Assembly (NCBI GenBank): GCA_002269645.1
Contig: NIVC01000292.1
Coordinates: forward strand, 1 to 64,000
Direction of reading: 5' to 3'
Length of the DNA: 64,000 nucleotides
From: Macrostomum lignano
Taxonomy: Eukaryota
Position numbers and translations under genes: made by a program. Below the pieces are notes generated by a model that saw only the letters and a list, made by a program, of their open reading frames with translations, did no database searches and was not told where the DNA came from. Below, in pieces: positions 47,818 through 64,000 of the stretch (its first letter is position 1; every line of letters begins with the position of its first letter).

Positions 47818-48970
47818 ATATTTCTCCGCCAGGAATGTTTGCGTAGCGAATCATAGCTACTTTTCCTATTTGCACTCCGAATAGGAGAATTAATTCAAGC
47901 TCAAAATCAACTTGAGAATAAACTCATGGCAGCCAGGCTAGCTGTCTTCACTGTCCTTTAAATTTGCCATAAACGATTAATTATCTCTACAACCCTTTCA
48001 TTTAGAGAGCAACTAAATTTGCCATAAACGATTGATTATCTCTACAACCCTTTCATTTAGAGAGCAACTAAATTTGCCATAGACGATTGATTATCTCTAC
48101 AACCCTTTCAAAGCGCATTCCGGCAACAATCGCATTTCATACTCAGCATCCGCACTATGTCTGGGCCATAGACAAGGGAAGTCAAAAGGGTACAATAATG
48201 ACATGTACCGATTTTTTTCGGCAGCAATTGCTCTACTAAGCTTCAGCCGCTACGCGGCTTCAGCTTACGCAATTGCTGCCGAAAAAAATCGGTATATATC
48301 GTTACATTGCCACGCGTCAGATAATTCATATTCTTCTGATTGGTCAAGAGTCTTAATAAAGAGATTTACCCGAATCAAAACATATTTTTCTTGTAGGTCT
48401 TCTTGTGTAAGAAATGTTGTTAGGCAAAGTTTAACAGACTGCACGTACAACAAATGTCAAAACGCTTTGCCCACTGCAAGTTAGTGATAGAGAGTATCGA
48501 AAAAACAATTGCAAAGGGGCACGATCACTCGTTATTACGACTAGTAGTGCAGGACTTCTCCCTTAGTCAGCATCGCATAGACTCTAATTGATCATGCGAA
48601 TTCCGTTGGCTCACAAATCCAAGTCTCACAGAACTGTACGAGCGGCTCAAGCGACTCAAGCTGCTGCTCTGGGATCTGAAATGCTGCTCGAGTTCTGAAT
48701 GCAGTGGGAATACAGTAGCTGAACTGCCCCCCCCCATGCTGAAGTGGCAGCGAAAGCGAAGCTCAAGAGGTGCGAAGGGGCAATTGTCGGGTCGGTGACC
48801 GAAGGGGGGGAGGTGTAACGGTGGTGAAAGTCAAAGCAGCTGAAAACTTCTTTAAAAGCCGTCAAAACGTCAAAACGTCAGCAGTTGCTTGGTAGCCGAG
48901 GAACTGAGCTGTCTCTCTAAGCTGTCAAACTGATAGTGCACTGCTTGCTGCTCAACTTCGATAACCGAAG

Positions 48971-51382
48971 ATGCGACTGGCAGTCACTGGGCTGCTCCTG
49001 ACCGGCCTCCTGACACTGGCGCAGTGCCAGGCTGACCGACTGACCGATGGTCTGCGGCCTGAGTTCTGTAAGCTTCTTGAGCTCTGAAGCATTGCCTGTT
49101 TACACTGAAGCATTGCCTGTTTACACTGAAGCATTGCCTGTTTACACTGAAGCATTGCCTGTTTGCAGTAAAGCATTGCCTGTTTGCAGTAAAGCATTGC
49201 CTGTTTGCAGTAAAGCATTGCCTGTTTGCAGTAAAGCATTGCCTGTTTGCAGTAAAGCATTGCCTGTTTGCAGTAAAGCATTGCCTGTTTGCAGTAAAGC
49301 ATTGCCTGTTTGCAGTAAAGCATTGCCTGTTTGCAGTAAAGCAATATGACTGACTGACTGACTGACTGACTGACTGACTGACTGACTGACTGACTGACTG
49401 ACTGACTGACTGACTGACTGACTGACTGACTGACTGACTGACTGACTGACTGACTGACTGACTGACTGACTGACTGACTGACTGACTGACTGACTGACTG
49501 ACTGACTGACTGACTGACTGACTGACTGACTGACTGACTGACTGACTGACTGACTGACTGACTGACTGACTGACTGACTGACTGACTGACTGACTGACTG
49601 ACTGACTGACTGACTGACTGACTGACTGACTGACTGACTGACTGACTGACTGACTGACTGACTGACTGACTGACTGACTGACTGACTGACTGACTGACTG
49701 ACTGACTGACTGAATTTCAACTTTTCAGACCGCCAAACAACCATGAAGACTGGCTCTAGCCATCACAGCAGACGTCGGTTCACTTGGCAGGCAAAGAAAT
49801 TAAAGACCATAAAGTTTCCAGAAAGGAGGAAAGGACGGAACGGCGTAAAAGAAAAAACTCGGATGCAAAAAAAGAAAAACAGAAAGTTCAAAGGAAATAA
49901 GGGAACAAAGAAAGTTGGAAAGAGGAAAAGCCTGAGGGCCGGAAAGAGAAGACCGAGGGTTAGAAAGAGCAGGGTATGCATATAGAGAAGTCCCTGGAAA
50001 GAGGATGAGACTGAGGGCCGGAAAGAGGAGAAGACGGAAAGGACGGAAGGTTGGAAGGAGGAATGGCCGGGAGGGTAGGACACAATGAAAAAACGATTTT
50101 AACCCTGGTTTCTAATTCTCTGAATTAATGTTTCGATTTTCGACAATTTCAGCTGGGAGCACCGCCAGCGGCTATGAGACGAAGACAGTTGTGTGTGAGT
50201 GGGCTTCACAGCTGCGCCTGCTTCCGGTGCCATGCTCACACTAGCTCCCATCACACCAGCTCCCATCACACCAGCTCCCATCACACCAGCTCCCATCACA
50301 CCAGCTCCCATCACACCAGCTCCCATCACACCAGCTCCCATCACACCAGCTCCCATCACACCAGCTCCCATCACACCAGCTCCCATCACACCAGCTCCCA
50401 TCACACCAGCTCCCATCACACCAGCTCCCATCACACCAGCTCCCATCACACCAGCTCCCATCACACCAGCTCCCATCACACCAGCTCCCATCACACCAGC
50501 TCCTATCACACCAGCTCCCATCACACCAGCTCCCATCACACCAGCTCCCATCACACCAGCTCCCATCACACCAGCTCCCATCACACCAGCTCCCATCACA
50601 CCAGCTCCCATCACACCAGCTCCCATCACACCAGCTCCCATCACACCAGCTCCCATCACACCAGCTCCCATCACACCAGCTCCCATCACACCAGCTCCCA
50701 TCACACCAGCTCCCATCACACCAGCTCCCATCACACCAGCTCCCATCACACCAGCTCCCATCACACCAGCTCCTATCACACCAGCTCCCATCACACCAGC
50801 TCCCATCACACCAGCTCCCATCACACCAGCTCCCATCACACCAGCTCCCATCACACCAGCTCCCATCACACCAGCTCCCATCACACCAGCTCCCATCACA
50901 CCAGCTCCCATCACACCAGCTCCCATCCCACCAGCTCCCATCACACCAGCTCCCATCACACCAGCTCCCATCACACCAGCTCCCATCACACCAGCTCCCA
51001 TCACACCAGCTCCCATCACACCAGCTCCCATCACACCAGCTCCCATCACACCAGCTCCCATCACACCAGCTCCAATCACACCGACATTCCAGCGGAGGCC
51101 CGCAGCGTCGGCTGCTTCAAGGACTCGGCCAGCCATCGTGACCTCCCGGTGCGCGGTGGCAGCGGGTCCGCAATGACAACTGAAAAGTGCATACAGTCGT
51201 GCACCGCCAAGATGCACAGGTACTTCGGCCTGCAGTCCGGCACCGACTGCTGGTGCGGCGACAGCTACGGAAAGCATGGCCCGGCTGTGGATGCCAAGTG
51301 CGACAAGAAGTGCGGCGGGAACGGCGGCCAGCGGTGCAGTGGCAGCCTGTTTAACAGCGTCTTCGACGCCGGGAAGCCCTGA
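48971..51382 (+). CDS. Small secreted WSC-domain protein (copy 2); exons 48971-49067, probably 50153-50194, and 51093-51382
   Basis: Signal peptide MRLAVTGLLLTGLLTLAQCQA followed by a GTAAGC donor. The last exon reads EARSVGCFKDSASHRDL..MTTEKCIQSC..YFGLQSGTDCWCGD..CDKKCGG..CSG. Phase-1 junctions are consistent. A possible extra exon from 49729 is unresolved. Confidence 0.85.
49085..49712. repeat. 21-bp minisatellite (49085-49345) followed by a (GACT)n microsatellite of about 91 units (49347-49712)
   Basis: Direct inspection; lies in WSC copy 2 intron 1. Confidence 0.96.
50244..51082. repeat. 15-bp minisatellite (CCCATCACACCAGCT), probably intronic in WSC copy 2
   Basis: Bounded by a GTGAGT donor (50195) and a TTCCAG acceptor (51092). 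Confidence 0.93.
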
Positions 51383-51860
51383 GCTTCGATTGAATGAAAA
51401 AAAATCTAAATGAAACTTTTAACTATCCGAGCATATACGCAAAAGAAAATTCATGCTTATACTCGTAAACCAGTTAAAAAATGTTTAATCTTATTTGAAA
51501 GGCATAAGCCGACGTTTTGCTCTGAGAAGACTTGCTACATTAAGTAACAGTTACTAAGAAATCAAGTAAGCGACTTCTAAAATGTACTTTTAAAAACGTG
51601 GCTCAGAGAACTTCGACAGCTAGCTGGCTTAGCGGGGAGGAAACTTCAGTCTATGGCTGTCAGTCTGGCCAGCCTCAAAGCTGCCGTCTATGGCCGAAAG
51701 CGCGCGGCGCGGCCTGTAGCAGTCGGACCCTCCCTAGGAGCCAGAAACCAGCGCTCGGTTGCAGTCAAACAGGAGCAGCAAGCCCAGGAAGGCCAAGGCC
51801 CCCCCTTAAGCCACAGCAACACTTCAGTCGATCCCGAAAGCAGTCGGACCACAAATCGCC

Positions 51861-52319
51861 ATGTGCCGCCAAGTCGCCCTGAGCTGGAGGCCCACCCGCT
51901 GCGGTGAGATCCCCGACCGAGCCATCATCCTGGGCTCCAGCGTGCACATCGGCCGGGCCAAGCACGAGAACGAGGTGATCCCCGGCACCGGCATCCACGG
52001 CCAGCTGTACGTGCCCTACTGCGGCGAGGAGCACTGCCACGAGGACTACGAGGTGCTCTGCGACACCGCCCTGCAGTGCTTCGGCCAGGGCTACGAGTGG
52101 TGCCCCATCGACGCCAAATGCGAGCCGGTCAACGTGCCGCCCACGGCCGTCATCGGCGGGCACACGGCCTGCAAGCAGCCGATCTACATCGCCAGGGCCT
52201 GCATCAACGGTGAGTGGTGCGTCGGCAAGCTGAGCGAGGGCCAGTCCATCGCCTGCTTCCCGTACGGCGGCAAGGAGGTGCCCCTGGAGGAGTACGACCT
52301 TCTGGTGTACTGCCCCTGA
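51861..52319 (+). CDS. DM9-repeat (DUF3421) protein, 152 aa, CDS intronless
   Basis: Two repeats of W...G.IP..A..G....IGRA.H....PG / YG..E....YEVL; GC3-rich codons; no signal peptide. Confidence 0.85.
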   Translation: MCRQVALSWRPTRCGEIPDRAIILGSSVHIGRAKHENEVIPGTGIHGQLYVPYCGEEHCHEDYEVLCDTALQCFGQGYEWCPIDAKCEPVNVPPTAVIGGHTACKQPIYIARACINGEWCVGKLSEGQSIACFPYGGKEVPLEEYDLLVYCP

Positions 52320-53559
52320 AGTGGCGGCCGCCGCGGCGCGAGATTTTCTGTTTGACCAAGATCCGCCCACCCGCTGGGCTTCAGTGACTGACAACCAAGA
52401 GACTTTAAATGACCGAAAAAACATTTTTATGTTGTCAACAAACAAAAGAGGAAGGCGGCTGTTTCGAATACACAGAACTCTTTTGCTGTGATTTGATTTT
52501 TTAAACAGTTTTTTAAGACTTTGACTCCTTTCCAGATTTCAAAAATAGAATTGTCTCTAGGGGCCAGCCGTAAACTTACCTGCCAAGTTGAAACTCTAAA
52601 CGGTTTTGAGTCAATCCTGTGTACAGCCTGCTTTTGAAGGCCAAACTTGACTAATTCAGATCGGGTTCAAGGGGTTCAAGGACATCCTGGAGGTTAAAGG
52701 ACGCTCGGAATTCCACGGATCGGGGCTTTGGGATCAGAGCTCAGGATTGAGCTATTCGGGGTCAAGAGTTGCTCCCACGGAGCTGGTGGGTTCTAGGTTC
52801 AGGTATTCAGGATTCTGCGTTCAGGTGGGACGGTCTTGCAGTCTACCCTACCGGCGAGGACAGACGCGCACTCGGGTTTGGTTTTCAGGGGGTCAGAGGT
52901 ACATCAGGGGCTCATCAGAGGTTCCTAAAAGGCTCATGAGGGCTCAGAGGTTCCTAAAAGGCTCATGAGGGCTCAGAGGTACATCAGGGGCTTATCAGAG
53001 GTTCCTCAAAGGCTCATCAGGGGATCAGAGGTACATCAGAGGCTCATCAGGGGCTCATCAGGGGCTCAGGGGTTCATCAGGGGCTCAGAGGATCATCAGG
53101 GTTCCAGAGACATAATTTTTGGTCCCGTGCTGGCAAAGCGAATTCGAATGCCGCTGAGATATTTAGCAGTGCATTATCATAGCAGACCTATCAGTTAGCG
53201 CTGATGAGGCACTCAGCATCCGCAACGGGGCCAATCTCGTGCCCCAAAGCGACCGGACCCCGCAGCCTGGTCAAGCACCTCTCCCAGGGGACCTGGCTGC
53301 CTCTCCTCGCTTCTCCAACTTGCAACGAAAGCTTCAGCTACCCTCCGCGATAAAAATGTAAATTTACCGAGGCGAAAAAGTTAGTGAGAGTATAGCTGAG
53401 GTCTCAAATTGCTCAGCCCCTGCTCACGTTGAGCGCCAGTTACGTTTGAGCAGGCTTACTCAGCCAGCACTGAGCCGTTGCAGAGCGCGCAGCTCAGATC
53501 TGGGCGACATCAAAAGCAGCCGAAAGCTGGCAGTCGTCAAACTTAAGTCCGAGAGGGAG

Positions 53560-54370
53560 ATGGGAGCGAGAGATGGGAGATGTGAGTTAGAGGGGAGATG
53601 GGAGTGAGAGGGGAGATGTGAGTAAGAGGGGAAATGGGAATGAAAGGGGAGATAGGAGTGAGAGGGGAGATGTGAGTTAGAGGGGAGATGTGAGTGAGAG
53701 GGGAGATGTGAGTAAGAGGGGAGATGGGAGTGAGAGGGGAGATGGGAGTGAGAGGGGAGATGTGAGTGAGAGGGGAGATGTGAGTGAGAGGGGAGATGGG
53801 AGTGAGAGGGGAGATGGGAGTGAGAGGGGAGATGTGAGTGAGAGGGGAGATGGGAGTAAGAGGGGAAATGGGAATGAAAGGGGAGATAGGAGTGAGAGGG
53901 GAGATGTGAGTGAGAGGGGAGATGTGAGTGAGAGGAGAGATGGGAGTGAGAGGGGAGATGGGAGTGAGAGGGGAGATGGGAGTGAGAGGGGAGATGGGAG
54001 TGAGAGGGGAGATGGGAGTGAGAGGGGAGATGTGAGTGAGATGGGAGATGTGAGTGAGAGGGGAGATGGGAGTGAGAGGGGAGATGGGAGTGAGAGGTGA
54101 GATGGGATTGAGAGGTGAGATGGGAGTGAGAGGGGAGATGGGAGTGAGAGGAGAGATCGGAGTGAGAGGGGAGATGGGAGTGAGAGGTGAGATGGGAGTG
54201 AGAGGGGAGATGGGAGTGAGAGGGGAGATGTGAGTGAGAGGGGAGATGTGAGTGAGAGGGGAGATGGGAGTGAGAGGAGAGATCGGAGGGAGAGGGGAGA
54301 TGGGAGTGAGAGGGGAGATTGGAGTTAGAGGGGAGATGGGAGTGAGAGGGGAGATGGGAGTGAGAGGGTT
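53560..54370. repeat. 18-bp purine-rich minisatellite (GAGAGGGGAGATGGGAGT)
   Basis: Direct inspection. Confidence 0.93.
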
Positions 54371-55062
54371 AGTGGAGAGAAGGTAGAGAGAGGGTGCTAC
54401 GAAAGGTAAGAGAATGGCAGAGATCGGGGAGAGGTAAGGGAAGAGTAGGGAGGGAGATGGGATAAATGACTGGTAGTGTGGGTTAGAGAGATGGAGGTAG
54501 GGGCCGAGGGGAGAAATATGAAGAAGGGAAAAGGACAAGGAGAGGGGAGATTGGAGGGAGAGGAGAAGGGAGGTGGGATGAAAGGGGGTGAAGAGATGGC
54601 AGGTTGGAGCGGCTTGGAGACTTCACAGATCTTGGCAATGCCCGAAAGCATTATGAAGTCCCTTTACTTCAGCGGGAGAGAAATGCAGATTAACAAAGAA
54701 AAGGCTAAATGGTCAATTTTTCATAAGCTAATGATAGAACACGCAGGCAAACAGCTGCCTGTCGGGGCGCATCTTCTCTCGGATTCGCCGGGACCGGGCG
54801 ATTTGCATTTCTTCAGCCGGGACTCCCGAGGGACTCCCGCTTGATGGCGGGGAGACAAATTTTGCAAATTTTTATGCCCTCGCGAAGCAGCAGGGAGCGG
54901 CGCTTGCCCGTTTTTTTCCAGATAGATGAAGCTGGTCGGGGGAGGCTGGGATGATGGATGATTGGCGCGGCACCCGAGCTGGGGGCTCCTGTTGAATTTC
55001 GGCTGTTTAAATATAAAAATGCCAGGAATTGAGAGACTGCGGGATCCGACTGACAGCTCATC

Positions 55063-63312
<8,250 letters not shown>

Positions 63313-63394
63313 GTGAGTTGCCTAAGCGCTTCTCGTGACTTTATTTAATGACTTATTGGTGTGCGCCTCTCTAATTTGTATGATCTCAATAATC

Positions 63395-64000
63395 TACTCT
63401 CACCTGTCTACTCTCACCAGTCTACTCTCACCTGTCTACTCTCACGAGTCTGCTATCACCAGTCTACTCTCACCAGTCTACTATCACCTGTCTACTCTCA
63501 CCTGTCTACTCTCTCACCAGTATACTCTCACCTGTCTACTCTCTCACCAGTATACTCTCACCTGTCTACTCTCACCAGTCTACTATCACCTGTCTACTCT
63601 CACCTGTCTACTCTCTCACCAGTATACTCTCACCTGTCTACTCTCACCTGTCTACTCTCACCAGTCTACTATCACCAGTCTACTCTCACCAGTTTACTCT
63701 CTCAGCTGCCTACACTCACCTGCCTAATCTCACCTGCCTACTCTCACCTGTCTAACTCTCACCTGTCTACTCTCTCACCAGTATACTCTCACCTGTCTAC
63801 TCTCACCTGTCTACTCTCACCAGTCTACTATCACCAGTCTACTATCACCAGTTTACTCTCTCAACTGCCTACACTCACCTGACTACACTCACCTGCCTAA
63901 TCTCACCTGCCTAATCTCACCTGCCTACTCTCACCTGTCTACTCTCACCTGTCTACTCTCACCAGTCTACTCTCACCAGTCTACTCTCACCAGTCTACTC
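63395..64000. repeat. ~14-16-bp minisatellite (CTACTCTCACCTGT and variants) in neprilysin-like intron 10
   Basis: Direct inspection; runs to the window end. Confidence 0.92.

Noticed and set aside
53195-53255. CTGATGAG hammerhead-like core with a GGCAC/GTGCC stem
   Set aside because: The stem is followed by CCAAA rather than GAAA, and flanking stems I and III are not evident. The CTGATGA near 47150 also fails.

Overview
Eukaryotic, intron-containing, minisatellite-rich DNA. The GC3-rich exons, AT-rich intergenic DNA and a different minisatellite in most introns resemble the flatworm Macrostomum; this is an inference, not a database result. Supported genes, in order: (1) a giant intronless Arg/Lys-rich ORF (minus, ATG at 9131) with about 35 near-identical 249-bp (83-aa) units running off the window start; (2) a secreted WSC-domain gene (minus); (3) rogdi (minus, 5 exons); (4) a Delta-like Notch ligand (plus, 5 exons); (5) a PL10/Vasa-type DEAD-box helicase (minus); (6) an orphan intronless ORF (minus); (7) a second secreted WSC gene (plus); (8) a DM9/DUF3421 gene (plus); (9) an M13 neprilysin-like peptidase (plus, at least 10 exons, one frameshift, runs off the window end). 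Mobile DNA includes an internally deleted Ty3/Gypsy element with a 5-bp TSD, two TIR elements with 8-bp TSDs, Charlie-like MITEs, tRNA-derived SINEs, a LINE fragment and a Crypton-like fragment. The two most unusual signals are the giant polycationic repeat protein and three dispersed, degenerate copies of the 28S rRNA segment around the R2/I-PpoI/Pokey target site. Those copies are conserved on both flanks and scrambled at the cut site, and two of them sit near the left ends of a TIR transposon. Most long ORFs in the supplied track are minisatellite artefacts.
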